Source: an uncultured virus (IMG/VR IMGVR_UViG_3300042448_001291) (Duplodnaviria; Heunggongvirae; Uroviricota; Caudoviricetes). From it: a DNA stretch of 64,000 bases. Made by a program: the position numbers and the translations under genes. The notes under the pieces were generated by a model, which searched no databases, was not told the origin of the DNA, and saw nothing but the letters and a program-made list of their open reading frames with translations. Location of the stretch: the IMG/VR virus record IMGVR_UViG_3300042448_001291, one strand, 5' to 3'. Every line of letters begins with the position of its first letter. Positions within the stretch are counted from its first letter, which is position 1. This document shows positions 9,954 to 20,454 of this stretch, piece by piece.

Positions 9954-10464
9954 CGAACAAGTTGCTAGAATTAAAACTATGATGAATCTAAATGAGGATG
10001 ATTCACAACATATGGCGGTGTTGCAACAAGTAACACAAGAATTTAATGAAAAAGCGGAAGAAGACCTTACACCCGAAGAGTTACAAGAGGTGGCGTGTAC
10101 TGACCCTGATACTATTGAAGCACCTCAAGACGCCACTAATGAGCAAAAACAAAAGTTGCAGGAATTTAAATCAAAGGTTAAAACCGCATCTATCGCTGAA
10201 TTAAAACAAGTAAAAAAACAACTTAAAGAATTAAGAATACAGTCAAAACAACAACAAAATGAACAAGTTGCTGAAACTGCCCTTATTAGTTTCTTAGGTG
10301 TTAGTATGCCCCCCGCTTTTGCAATGGTCATTGGCGGAATTATGTTGATTATTGTGTTGAACGTTTTACTTTCGCTATTCGGTATTGGTCTTGTTAAAAC
10401 CATAACTTATTGGTGTACTGGTAAACGAACAACAGGTTACGGATTAAGATTTGGTAGGAATTAA
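9937..10464 (+). CDS. Hypothetical protein with leader and C-terminal transmembrane segment
   Basis: MKQTLNEQVARIKTMMNLNE; hydrophobic C-terminus. Confidence 0.75.
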   Translation: MKQTLNEQVARIKTMMNLNEDDSQHMAVLQQVTQEFNEKAEEDLTPEELQEVACTDPDTIEAPQDATNEQKQKLQEFKSKVKTASIAELKQVKKQLKELRIQSKQQQNEQVAETALISFLGVSMPPAFAMVIGGIMLIIVLNVLLSLFGIGLVKTITYWCTGKRTTGYGLRFGRN

Positions 10465-10480
10465 ATAAAATATATAAAAT

Positions 10481-10897
10481 ATGAAATTATTTGAACTTAT
10501 AAACGAAGCAAAAGACCCAAAGATTAAATGTAATCATTGCGATTGGTCATGGAAGACATCTGAAGGTGGAAAGGATAAATATCTTTGCCATAAGTGTGGC
10601 CATGATAATACACCTAATTCATTTGATGAGTTTGCTGAAACAAGAATGAAGGGGGCGAACAAGATTGCTACTAGCGCAAAAGAGAAGGGTGGTGCAGCCA
10701 TGTTAACGTATCACCATTTTCATGTTAAAAATCCTTATTACAAGAAAGCAGCAGAGGGTAAATTTGATCTTTCTGCAGCCAAAAAAGAATTTAAAGAATG
10801 TGTTAAAGAATTATCTTCAGATATGGAACAAGTCGCTTTCCAAAAATTGGTGGGAAGGATTGAGGTTTTAGGTGAATTAATAATTAAACACAAGTAA
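10481..10897 (+). CDS. Zn-ribbon protein with short leader
   Basis: CNHCDWSW...YLCHKCGHDN. Confidence 0.75.
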   Translation: MKLFELINEAKDPKIKCNHCDWSWKTSEGGKDKYLCHKCGHDNTPNSFDEFAETRMKGANKIATSAKEKGGAAMLTYHHFHVKNPYYKKAAEGKFDLSAAKKEFKECVKELSSDMEQVAFQKLVGRIEVLGELIIKHK

Positions 10898-10904
10898 AGA
10901 TACC

Positions 10905-10987
10905 TCGGGTTTGAAGACCCGACTTAGGACCGGGACTAGTTACTAATCCCGCTGGGGTGTGAATTCGCTACTCACATCCCTTTTTTT
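10905..10987 (+). ncRNA. Three-hairpin structured element ending in a terminator
   Basis: TCGGGT-TTGAAG-ACCCGA; CGGGA-CTAGTTACTAA-TCCCG; GGGTGTGA...TCACATCC followed by a T-run. Confidence 0.45.
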
Positions 10988-11013
10988 GTATATTTATATA
11001 AAAAGATTTAGAA

Positions 11014-11406
11014 ATGAGAGTAGATAATCTAATAAAAAGGTTGGAATGGGCTCAAAGCATGAATATTCGATATGTTAATGTTACAACGCACCCAGTTACC
11101 GGACACCACATTCTCACAGGTGTAACTGCTGACGGAGAGATAAAACAAATTTACCCAATGTCTGATGAAGAAAAAGAACAGCAAAAAGCATTAAAACCTG
11201 TAAGCAACAAACCTAAAAAAGAAAACCCCCCAGTAAGAAGGTATCCAAGACCTAGTGATGGTGAAGATATGCCAGATGCAGCAAGTGACGCGTATGATTT
11301 ATATATGGGTTATGAAAGAGGTCGATCAGGTTCTTATGGCGAATATGATGATGAGTTATTTGAATCAGTTAAAAAAATTAAAGAACAATTTAAAAGATTC
11401 TTATAG
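11014..11406 (+). CDS. Hypothetical protein with C-terminal LFESVKKIKEQFKRFL motif
   Basis: ORF after TATTTATA; leader-like helix at the C-terminus. Confidence 0.75.
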   Translation: MRVDNLIKRLEWAQSMNIRYVNVTTHPVTGHHILTGVTADGEIKQIYPMSDEEKEQQKALKPVSNKPKKENPPVRRYPRPSDGEDMPDAASDAYDLYMGYERGRSGSYGEYDDELFESVKKIKEQFKRFL

Positions 11407-11449
11407 GGTGGTAAAATAACTAATGTAAAATATAACGCACAATATTAAA

Positions 11450-11818
11450 ATGATAATAAAATTAACAGAGAAAGAATTATTAAACATCGTAAAACGTGTC
11501 ATTAAAGAAAGAGTGATTGAAAAAGAGGGGGAAATGTTTGATGATGCTTATACTAGCGACGAAGATGCCGATCATGGTAATAAAGAAGAAGAAGTTATTG
11601 ATTATGATTCTGAAGAACATGAAGATGATTGGGAAAACATGCAAAAGCATGATAGATTAAAGTCAAGTCAAAAAAATAAAAACGCTGCAAATATTCAATA
11701 CGGTAGAATGGAATGGAGGAAAGAATATGAAAAACCCTGGTCTCCAATTAAATCAAGCGACATGTCATTAGAAAAATATCTTGCTACCAAAAAACAAAAG
11801 AGGGATGAAAACATCTAA
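11450..11818 (+). CDS. Acidic hypothetical protein with leader
   Basis: MIIKLTEKELLNIVKRVIKE. Confidence 0.75.
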   Translation: MIIKLTEKELLNIVKRVIKERVIEKEGEMFDDAYTSDEDADHGNKEEEVIDYDSEEHEDDWENMQKHDRLKSSQKNKNAANIQYGRMEWRKEYEKPWSPIKSSDMSLEKYLATKKQKRDENI

Positions 11819-12290
11819 ATTATCCGACTTGGATATTCTTAATACAGTAAGAAAAGTTATTAGAGAAAACGAAGACATGTTCTCAGTTGACTATTTTCTT
11901 AAAAGAATGTTGGGGGGATTAAATTATGTTGACTTTAATCAATCGACGTTATTTTGGGGGGAGTATATTGAAAAACCAAAATACACCATTGTAATTAATT
12001 TGGAACCTATTCATTTTTGGGTTCATCCAGATATATTAGACGCGATATCTGTAGGGTTAAATATAAATCATGGTCATGCAACCGATTTGATTAAAAATTG
12101 GTTTGGAAGAAATCATGTGTTTAATGAAAAAAGTTTAGAGGCATTAAGAAATAGATTTAACGACTCTTTATATAGAAGAATAAGAAGTGAGAAGAGAAAT
12201 ATCGATACTGATAGTGATGAATTTAAAAACATGTGTGAAGAATATTTTGAAGATGGGTTTGATAGATTAAAAAAAGCATTAGAGTCATGA
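11805..12290 (+). CDS. Hypothetical protein, paralog of 7101..7625
   Basis: KLSDLDILNTVRKVIRE leader; similarity to 7101. Confidence 0.75.
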   Translation: MKTSKLSDLDILNTVRKVIRENEDMFSVDYFLKRMLGGLNYVDFNQSTLFWGEYIEKPKYTIVINLEPIHFWVHPDILDAISVGLNINHGHATDLIKNWFGRNHVFNEKSLEALRNRFNDSLYRRIRSEKRNIDTDSDEFKNMCEEYFEDGFDRLKKALES

Positions 12291-12889
12291 AATTATTAAA
12301 AATATATGAATCAATAAATGGTGTTAGAGGCACAATAACTGGGTCCTATGATATACCGTTAGGTGATTGCGATTCCGCACATGATTTTTTAAAACATAAT
12401 ATGGGTGATATAGTTAGTAAGGGGCTTGAAGAGGTTTACAAAAGCGGAGGTAAACCAATTGTGACTGATGTCACTGTAACGGTTGATTATGACAAGGGTT
12501 CAACAAGTTTTAAAGTTAATTGGTCAGTATCTATTGGTGAAAGTAAAGATGGTAAAGCGTGGTTAGGTTTTACTACAAGAGGTTCTGGTTGTGGTGACGA
12601 AATAGAACTTAGAGCGGGCAACGATTCCGCACGATACAAAAATGGAATACAAAATGTTAAATCAAGAGTTATTGAAAAATATAACGAACCAAATACAGAA
12701 GTAAAACAATTAGAAAAACCATTTACATTTACTGATCCGATTAACCCAAAAAAAACAGATAAAGAAGATAGTTATTCCTTTAAACAATTTTGGTATGTTT
12801 ATACGAAACCAAATAGAGAAAAACAACTAGGTGGTGGGCCCGGTTTAAAAACTAGTTCAACTATTACAGTTGATGATCTAAATTTCTAA
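12287..12889 (+). CDS. Hypothetical protein, C-terminal TVDDLNF
   Basis: 200-aa ORF, MKLLKIYE start. Confidence 0.75.
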   Translation: MKLLKIYESINGVRGTITGSYDIPLGDCDSAHDFLKHNMGDIVSKGLEEVYKSGGKPIVTDVTVTVDYDKGSTSFKVNWSVSIGESKDGKAWLGFTTRGSGCGDEIELRAGNDSARYKNGIQNVKSRVIEKYNEPNTEVKQLEKPFTFTDPINPKKTDKEDSYSFKQFWYVYTKPNREKQLGGGPGLKTSSTITVDDLNF

Positions 12890-14751
12890 TCTAATAATTT
12901 TTTAATTTTAATTGCGTTTTCAAATAAAGGATAGTTAGTTGCATAACTCATTAAATTTTCAATTTTAACATAACCTGTATGCGTTTCGTTTTTATCTTTA
13001 TTGGTAAAGTTTACAGAAACACCTTTTTCACAGTCGAAATGTTTTATCCAGGGGTTACCAATTTTAAGTAACACATTCTCGTTTTCAAAAACCCACAAAC
13101 TGGTGAAAAATTTAAAGTTTTTTTCTAAAATATTTTTAAGTTCTATTTTTTTCTTTTGACATTCTGAACCATCATCACTATTTAAGTTTTCACTTAATTC
13201 ATCAAAGAAATTATCAATATGCGGTAACATTTGTTCGACACTTGGGTATACCCACTCATATTCAGGGTAATCCCATATTTCAGTTGGTATACGATAATGT
13301 TCAATGTAATTATCTATAACGGTGTTTAAATCAATACCTTCCTCGTCATTTATATTAGTTACATTTGTTTTTAACAAAAATAAAACAAAATCAAATTTAT
13401 TTAAATGCACATCTTTTGTGCCCCAATTGCCACCAAAACTAATATATCTTTTTATTTCGTCTATCTCAGATTGCATCGCCCCCTCGTAATTTGATGCCGT
13501 CGCATCGGTGTAAAATTCTGTATACTTATCTTTCACAGTATCATTTTCATAAAGTTGAAAACCATAACTTTCTTCAAATGTGTTGAAATTTGCAGCAGCA
13601 GAACCAAATTTTGATTTTAGATTATCGATATTTTTTGAATAATATTCTTCCAAATAACTATCTAATTCTTCGGCCCAATCAACACCGCTTAAATTTTCAT
13701 TAACGTACTCCCAAGATGATTCTTTACTATATTCAAATCCTCGAATCGTGTCATCAACACCATCCATACTGTTAGATGGTTTACGTACTTCAAATGTGAT
13801 TTCAGAATCACCAAAAACTAAATCAACTAAATTGTTAGAGTCAATATGTTTTAAATAATCTTCTTTTTCATTTCCAGAACTAGGGCTAGTTGATATTATA
13901 AATTTAGCCAAAGGGTTTGTTGAAATATCGTCAGAAAAATTAGTTGAAATATATTTTTCAAATAATATATCACTTTTCTCCTTTGATATAATTTTTGATC
14001 GAGTTAATTCTTTTTCAACATCATTGGTGCTCGCATCATTAGAAAACAATGAAGGGAAGAAATATTGTTCAAGTTCAGGGTTTTGTTCTAAAAAAATGAC
14101 AGTATTAATTCTTTTATCTGAAGGGTCCATATATTGATCGCTTTCAAAATGAAATTGATATTTGTTACTCTCATTTGATTTATTTATAATAATATAAAGA
14201 GGACCTCGGACATTATGAGTATTAAAATGGTTACTTCTATCTTTATGTGCTGGGTTTAACGAAAGATGTCCCCAGGTAGTGCACCAATCAGTATTCACAC
14301 CTAGATAAGATGCGGCTTTTTGATTTTTAGGAACAAATATTAACCAATTTTTTCCATCATGTACTTTTTTATATTCGTTGTCATTTAACATTGGTAATAT
14401 TACTGATAACGACTTTGTTGATTGAGCCATTTTACCTTTAACAATATCATATAAATCTGATAATTCGTTAACTCCTTCCGGCATTGGTATATTGTATGTA
14501 TACAAATAACCTAAATATTCTTTTGCTCTTGGTAGGTCCTCTAATTTTAAAGATCCTTTTCGAAACATATTTAAAAGAACTTTTGAGTATCTTCCAATTT
14601 TTAAAACTTTACCATTTGTTATTTTACTCTTTGGTTCTGCAGATACTATTCTAAGAAACACAGATGGTTCAATATCTGAATAATACTTTTTTTGAATTTC
14701 TTCTGGACTAATCTCATTTAAGAGTTCTTCTAATAGTATGTTAAATTTCAT
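12886..14751 (-). CDS. Large acidic protein with TDWCT domain (paralog of 16309..17493)
   Basis: ASYLGVNTDWCTT...GPLYIII...KYQFHFESDQYMD. Confidence 0.8.
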   Translation of the reverse strand: MKFNILLEELLNEISPEEIQKKYYSDIEPSVFLRIVSAEPKSKITNGKVLKIGRYSKVLLNMFRKGSLKLEDLPRAKEYLGYLYTYNIPMPEGVNELSDLYDIVKGKMAQSTKSLSVILPMLNDNEYKKVHDGKNWLIFVPKNQKAASYLGVNTDWCTTWGHLSLNPAHKDRSNHFNTHNVRGPLYIIINKSNESNKYQFHFESDQYMDPSDKRINTVIFLEQNPELEQYFFPSLFSNDASTNDVEKELTRSKIISKEKSDILFEKYISTNFSDDISTNPLAKFIISTSPSSGNEKEDYLKHIDSNNLVDLVFGDSEITFEVRKPSNSMDGVDDTIRGFEYSKESSWEYVNENLSGVDWAEELDSYLEEYYSKNIDNLKSKFGSAAANFNTFEESYGFQLYENDTVKDKYTEFYTDATASNYEGAMQSEIDEIKRYISFGGNWGTKDVHLNKFDFVLFLLKTNVTNINDEEGIDLNTVIDNYIEHYRIPTEIWDYPEYEWVYPSVEQMLPHIDNFFDELSENLNSDDGSECQKKKIELKNILEKNFKFFTSLWVFENENVLLKIGNPWIKHFDCEKGVSVNFTNKDKNETHTGYVKIENLMSYATNYPLFENAIKIKKLLD

Positions 14752-16315
14752 TTAAATTATCTTTTAAAATATCATTAAAATTAACACGATCGATATCTGG
14801 TGTCCATCTATCGTCTAAATCAAATTTTGGTTTATCTTCATAATAATATCCCATTATTTCACTAAACACACATGAGGGATCATCATCGCACGCCTCGTAA
14901 TAGTCATCAAGATTTTCGTCATCAACCTCAAACTCACTAATAATAGCATCTAAATTAATTTGTATTTCAACACCGTCGTCATTCATTGTTATAACTTCAC
15001 CATATTTTTCCAAACATTCTTTTAATGCGTCGTGTAAATAATCATAATAACTATTCGCTTCAGCATCTGATACTGATCTACGAAGCGTATCAATAATAAC
15101 TTCATTCGTATCATATTCTTCAATTGCAGAAGTTAATGATACGCTATCGTCAATAACATTGTCTCCAGCAAATTTTCTAACTAATTGCCAAATAAATTCA
15201 CTGTTTTCATCGTTAATATAATAATCAATAACATTGTGCCAGTCGTTATCATAAAAGTCGCTATTCCATAAATCCCAAATATCACCACTTAATATTGTTT
15301 CAAAAATATCAACACTAATAGTATTTCCTGCTGAATTTTTACGTTTACTAACTGTCCACCCTCCTTTAACATAATCTTCAATTTGATTAGGTTTAATAAA
15401 TAAAGTAAATTCAACATTTCTTGCCGGTGTTTCAATTAAACCTAACTGCTGTAAAAGTTTTTGTTCTTTTCTTCCGTGAAACAGATCTTTTCTTTTTTCG
15501 TATAAATCAGTTATTTGTTCTTTAGTTAAATCGCTTAATTTAAAATCATTTTTACTATCATACTCATAACCAAATTCTGTAATTAAAAAGTGTCCTTCTT
15601 CTTTGTTGTATAAAGAAAATAATGGTAAAATATAATCATGGAACTTATCATCTGGTTTTGAATTTTTTACGCCTTTTAGTTGTAATAATGAACCATCCTG
15701 AATTGATGCCGTTAAATAACTTCTATTTAACGTATGTTCTCCACCAGGTATTTTTTTATATTCTCTAAAAGAATATAGTTGACCACTAGATCTCGCGCAG
15801 TGCCCCATTCTTTCCGCTTCTTCAGAGCAGGTATTGGTCGCTAAATCAACCCAATAAAAAGTTGAATCACCTTTTTCAAACTTTAATAATATTTTATTTT
15901 TTTCATCGTAATCTATTTTTGAATCACCGATACTCAAAGAGTCGTGCCATTCTACTGATTTACGATATAATTCATAAAACGATAAATTTTCATATGTTTT
16001 TATATTACCATTTAAACCAACTCTAAACCAGTCCATAATACTTCTCACCTTATTTCTTTCGGTAACAAAACTATTTGACCCATTAACTAAAGCGAATCTA
16101 TCTTGTAAACTTCTATCTTTAGGGGGTACACCATTTTCATAATAATCCTTTTCGTAGTATTGTAATATTTTGTTTGCTAAAAATATTGTTAATGGTCCAG
16201 CAATCTCCGCTAACGCCTCAGCATTGTACGAGTTTACACCAAATTTATTTATTAAGATATCAACTTTACTTGCTTCTAATAATACTGACTCTAATATGTT
16301 TTTAAAATTTACCAT
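14741..16315 (-). CDS. PcfJ-like domain protein (paralog of 21394..22581)
   Basis: SVEWHDS...EEAERMGHC...LYSFR...QLKGVKNSKP. Confidence 0.7.
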   Translation of the reverse strand: MVNFKNILESVLLEASKVDILINKFGVNSYNAEALAEIAGPLTIFLANKILQYYEKDYYENGVPPKDRSLQDRFALVNGSNSFVTERNKVRSIMDWFRVGLNGNIKTYENLSFYELYRKSVEWHDSLSIGDSKIDYDEKNKILLKFEKGDSTFYWVDLATNTCSEEAERMGHCARSSGQLYSFREYKKIPGGEHTLNRSYLTASIQDGSLLQLKGVKNSKPDDKFHDYILPLFSLYNKEEGHFLITEFGYEYDSKNDFKLSDLTKEQITDLYEKRKDLFHGRKEQKLLQQLGLIETPARNVEFTLFIKPNQIEDYVKGGWTVSKRKNSAGNTISVDIFETILSGDIWDLWNSDFYDNDWHNVIDYYINDENSEFIWQLVRKFAGDNVIDDSVSLTSAIEEYDTNEVIIDTLRRSVSDAEANSYYDYLHDALKECLEKYGEVITMNDDGVEIQINLDAIISEFEVDDENLDDYYEACDDDPSCVFSEIMGYYYEDKPKFDLDDRWTPDIDRVNFNDILKDNLNEI

Positions 16316-17493
16316 AGAAAATCTGGGTTTGTCTTATTTATTTCTTTAACAACAACACCCATAAGAATACAATCTTCAATCCCTTTGTGTATTAGACCAC
16401 TGAAATGTTGATCGTTATATTCTTGCCACTCCCAAGTGTTAGTCATGTCTTCTGATTTTTCCATAAGATCATCCAAATTAACATTCAAAACATTTACACA
16501 ATAATTGTAAATTTCTGGTTCTCTTAACTGTATTAATGATTTGCTGGATTCTATAGTGAACTCTTTTTCGTAGTTAATAGTTACCTCATTAGAGATTGTA
16601 TCGAATGAATGGTCCTTAATGTGATCATAAAGATTATTTATTTCATTACGTAAATTATTAAACAAATCATCTCTACTTTGATCTTTTTTTAACACAACAG
16701 CAATGTCTTCCATGAAATTTCTAACTAATGTTTTAATTTCTGGTATTGAATGTATGATATTACATAAACCACTTATAGGTACAATCTCTTCATAATCAGG
16801 GACATTCCTAATTAACATTTGATCATCGAATCTATCTGCTAATTGCATCTCTTCAACATGTAATTGGTATTTTTCCGTCGGGTCAACTTTTGATACAAAA
16901 ATAAAAAGATCATCCATCTTTATATAGTTTTCAAACTGATCACTTCCTTTTGTACACCAATCTGTGCCGCTTGCAAAATACTTTGATGCTGGATATAAAT
17001 CAAATCTACCTTTTGGTAATCTATAAACATTAAAGGTTTTGGTTTCACCAATTTTAAACGTATCCTCATAAACAACCTTCTTTTCTTTTCCCTTGGTTAG
17101 TTCTAAGTAGTCGGTGTTGTCTTTAACGTGAGCACCATCACTGTTGAAATCCTCTGCACTAGGATATTTTAAAATGTCAACATGTCTAAATTTGTTAGGT
17201 ATCCTATTGTGTAACTCTAGGTTACTTTTAATTTTATATGGTAAATCCTCAAAAAACAATCTGTAATTTATTTCATTTCGTCTTTTGTCTATATCCCTAG
17301 TTACTGGTTTTTTATATTGTAAAACCCATTTAATTAATACTTGTAAATATTTTTTATTTTGTGTCGGGTCATTTTGTAAAAGTGAATCAAATTCCTTCTC
17401 TGTTAGTTTTTTTTGACCAACAGATTGATTTTTTAGGAATTCTATTCTACTTTCCTCTACTAGTAAACTTTCTAAAATATCTTTAAATATCAT
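16309..17493 (-). CDS. TDWCT-domain protein (paralog of 12886..14751)
   Basis: DPTQNKKYLQ, ASKYFASGTDWCT...KYQLHVEEMQLAD. Confidence 0.8.
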   Translation of the reverse strand: MIFKDILESLLVEESRIEFLKNQSVGQKKLTEKEFDSLLQNDPTQNKKYLQVLIKWVLQYKKPVTRDIDKRRNEINYRLFFEDLPYKIKSNLELHNRIPNKFRHVDILKYPSAEDFNSDGAHVKDNTDYLELTKGKEKKVVYEDTFKIGETKTFNVYRLPKGRFDLYPASKYFASGTDWCTKGSDQFENYIKMDDLFIFVSKVDPTEKYQLHVEEMQLADRFDDQMLIRNVPDYEEIVPISGLCNIIHSIPEIKTLVRNFMEDIAVVLKKDQSRDDLFNNLRNEINNLYDHIKDHSFDTISNEVTINYEKEFTIESSKSLIQLREPEIYNYCVNVLNVNLDDLMEKSEDMTNTWEWQEYNDQHFSGLIHKGIEDCILMGVVVKEINKTNPDFLW

Positions 17494-17971
17494 TTAAATA
17501 GTTGGTTAATATCGGCATCATTTTTTTTAGTGTTGGGGGAGATACCACCCAGTTTATGTTATTATTAACCTCATCTGGTAATTTATCAAGGATTTGATTC
17601 ACGTCAACATTTTTAAAATGTTTAACCCCACGAATAGCAAAATACACAATATCATCATAATTTAATTCACTAGCCATACCCATTATAACGTCTATTTTTG
17701 TTTCTATGTCCAAACTCTGAACCCCTTTATATGGGAAGATGGTATCATCTAGATTTTTAGCCAACTCCCCAATTTCGCCACATTCGTTATCCATAAAGCA
17801 TTTTTTCGCAATAACCCACACATCATCACTTGACATTCCGTTACCAAAGTCGTATGTTCTAGATAAGTTTGTGCCATATTTTTCGTCAAAATGTCTAGCA
17901 GGTTTAAAGTTTTCATTTGCCACATTTTCTAACAAAATTTGGTATTGTGACTCAGTTAAGAGAATATTCAT
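17483..17971 (-). CDS. Hypothetical protein with leader
   Basis: MNILLTESQYQILLE. Confidence 0.75.
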   Translation of the reverse strand: MNILLTESQYQILLENVANENFKPARHFDEKYGTNLSRTYDFGNGMSSDDVWVIAKKCFMDNECGEIGELAKNLDDTIFPYKGVQSLDIETKIDVIMGMASELNYDDIVYFAIRGVKHFKNVDVNQILDKLPDEVNNNINWVVSPPTLKKMMPILTNYLNDI

Positions 17972-17975
17972 AACT

Positions 17976-17989
17976 TATAAATATTTATA
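17976..17989. promoter_or_regulatory. Palindromic double TATTTAT(A) phage promoter motif between divergent genes
   Basis: TATAAATATTTATA lies between the minus-strand start at 17971 and the plus-strand start at 18011. Confidence 0.65.
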
Positions 17990-18010
17990 GAAACAATAGT
18001 ATATCAATAT

Positions 18011-19303
18011 ATGAAAAAAATAGTTATAACAGAAGCCCAAGCGAAGAAATTAGTGGATTCAATAATTAATGAACAAGGGGAACAACCACAGCAAGATCAA
18101 CAACCACAACAAGGTGAAATAAGATATCGTTTAGGTCCTTTAGATTTTATTGTAAAAGACGGAAACCCTTTTTATCTTGGAGAAGATGGTCAGAGAAACG
18201 ATTTACCGAAATTAAGCCAAATAGAGATTATTATACATCCCAAAAACCTAGAGCGTGACGATATGTCTGGTCAAATGAGTGCAGGTAATAATGTTTTTGG
18301 AATTTATGAGGGTGAAGCAACTCAATTAGCAAGGAATTTGGCAAGGAAAATGGTAGGGTCGTTTGCAAATCCTGATACGGAAAAACCGAGAGGCCCTGGA
18401 TTTGAGGTGATTGTTTTTGATGACCTTGTACGTAAAGTACCTATATGGGTTAAAGTAAACGTATTATCGGCTGTACCAGCGGGAGGAGACGTTCGTGAAC
18501 CAGAAGTTATAAAAGAAAAAGAAGGCGGTTCAATCATGTTTGCACAAACAAGAACAAAGAACTTTCTGTTAACAATTTCATCTCCTTTGGGTGTTGGTCG
18601 AGTATTTGGTGATGAACAACAAGTAGAAAAAGAAGTTGTATTTTTTTGTGTATCGTATAATGATGACACCAATGGAATTACAAAACTAACACAGAAAAAG
18701 GGTGCCACAAACGGAGCGGAATGGTTAAAAAATAAAGACAATACTATTGTGGGTGTTAAAGGGCCGTATAGGACCAGAGAAGAAGCACTTAAGGTGTGTC
18801 AACCAGAACTTCCAGAATTATTACCATTCGGTGATTTCTTCGCTAATAACGTGTCGAAAATTAAATTGTCGCCGTCAATGCCGTTTGTTAAGCAGTTGAA
18901 GGAATACTTCGATGCTGGTGGAAAACTATCTAAGATAACCATTAAAGCGTCAGCATCTAGCGTTCCTGCGGGACACATGGAGGCGGACCCTAATGCAGAT
19001 CTTTGGAAAGATGTAAAAACATATGATAACGCCGCAACAGGAACTAACGATGACAGAACGGGTAACTTACAATTAACAAAAGCAAGAGCATATAATCTAT
19101 ATGCAGCACTAATTCAAATGTTCCCACAACTTACTAATATTCCAAGAGAATTAATCGCATCAGGATCTATCGGTATTCCTTATAAAGGTAAACAAAAACC
19201 AAAACCGGGACAAAACCCTAACGACCCATCATTAAAAGGTGATGATCCAAATGATCCAAAATACGCTAATTTCAGAAGAGTTGATTTGATATTAAACAAA
19301 TAG
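18011..19303 (+). CDS. Leader-bearing protein with C-terminal OmpA-like (peptidoglycan-binding) domain
   Basis: ITIKASAS...GNLQLTKARAYNL...NFRRVDL. Confidence 0.6.
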   Translation: MKKIVITEAQAKKLVDSIINEQGEQPQQDQQPQQGEIRYRLGPLDFIVKDGNPFYLGEDGQRNDLPKLSQIEIIIHPKNLERDDMSGQMSAGNNVFGIYEGEATQLARNLARKMVGSFANPDTEKPRGPGFEVIVFDDLVRKVPIWVKVNVLSAVPAGGDVREPEVIKEKEGGSIMFAQTRTKNFLLTISSPLGVGRVFGDEQQVEKEVVFFCVSYNDDTNGITKLTQKKGATNGAEWLKNKDNTIVGVKGPYRTREEALKVCQPELPELLPFGDFFANNVSKIKLSPSMPFVKQLKEYFDAGGKLSKITIKASASSVPAGHMEADPNADLWKDVKTYDNAATGTNDDRTGNLQLTKARAYNLYAALIQMFPQLTNIPRELIASGSIGIPYKGKQKPKPGQNPNDPSLKGDDPNDPKYANFRRVDLILNK

Positions 19304-19304
19304 G

Positions 19305-19826
19305 TTATCTTTTCACAAAAACTCTAAAATTCATAAAATCTGAGTTTCTAACCTCGCTGAAATAATCGATAAAAACTTTTGGTTTTTTTCCTGTATAAGG
19401 TATTTTTTGTTCTTGATAAAATGGTTTTGGTTGCACTAATTCATTTTGCACGTATTCACCGTTTCGTTTTATTGTTTTAATATAAAACGCAGAAAACTCT
19501 TCTTTACCCATTGTACGGAAAAAAGTTTCATCTGTAATAACTTCACAATTAAGGGTGTCTACAGACATTTCAGAAAGACAACGACCTAGTAATTTTTTAC
19601 CAGAATCACCATTTAAATAGGCGTAAAATTCAGGTTTACCAAAGATTGTATTCTGAGCGCATTTTGTTGCTTCAACTACCGAACTGATTACAAAATACAT
19701 TGTATCCGATTTACCTGGTATTACCCACGTTTCTGGTTTTGTAATTTCAACATCGTCCCTAAGTTTTTGGGCATTACCAAATACAACGAAAAAAATCGTA
19801 CATGAGAGAATTAGTAACTTTTTCAT
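19305..19826 (-). CDS. Secreted hypothetical protein
   Basis: Signal peptide MKKLLILSCTIFFVVFGNAQ; upstream TATTTTTG promoter at 19847-19854. Confidence 0.75.
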   Translation of the reverse strand: MKKLLILSCTIFFVVFGNAQKLRDDVEITKPETWVIPGKSDTMYFVISSVVEATKCAQNTIFGKPEFYAYLNGDSGKKLLGRCLSEMSVDTLNCEVITDETFFRTMGKEEFSAFYIKTIKRNGEYVQNELVQPKPFYQEQKIPYTGKKPKVFIDYFSEVRNSDFMNFRVFVKR

Positions 19827-19899
19827 AGTTTTTTGTTTTTAGAGTGCAAAAATAGGTTTTTTTATTGAAACCACAAAATTTTTTTGAGTATTTATAAAA

Positions 19900-20454
19900 A
19901 TGAGATTAATGCTTGTTTTAGAGGCACTTATGAATGATTTTAGGTCTAAATTATATCACTTTACGACCGAAGATAATGCTTTACATATACTGGATAGTGA
20001 CACTTTGCTGGCCTCCAAACCAGACGAATATTACCTAGAACTAGATAAGAGATTAGGCGCATCTAAACATAGGTCGGCCATTTCTTTGACGAGAGATAGT
20101 AAATTAAATCCATCTGGTATGAATCTAGCAAATAAACCCCAAGATGAAGATCCTCAAGAGTGGTCTAATAAAGTTAATGTTAAGTTTATTTTAGATTCGG
20201 ACAAAATAAAACATAGGTATAAAATTGAACCGTTTAATTACGACGCTTTAGACAAATATCACGGAATTCCGGTTACTAAAAATAAGGAGGCCGAAGAAAG
20301 AGTTATGACAGATAAGATATCAAATTTACATAGGTACTTAATTAACATTGAATATCGAGGAGATAACCCAAAAATAAAACAAGCAATTGACCAATATGAA
20401 GAACGCATCAAAAGAAAAAAAGAAGAAAATCAAAAAAATATCCAACGCTTCTAG
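19900..20454 (+). CDS. Hypothetical protein (LYHFT...ISLTRD, possible ADP-ribosyltransferase-like fold)
   Basis: LYHFTT, AISLTRD and EAEER motifs. Confidence 0.55.
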   Translation: MRLMLVLEALMNDFRSKLYHFTTEDNALHILDSDTLLASKPDEYYLELDKRLGASKHRSAISLTRDSKLNPSGMNLANKPQDEDPQEWSNKVNVKFILDSDKIKHRYKIEPFNYDALDKYHGIPVTKNKEAEERVMTDKISNLHRYLINIEYRGDNPKIKQAIDQYEERIKRKKEENQKNIQRF

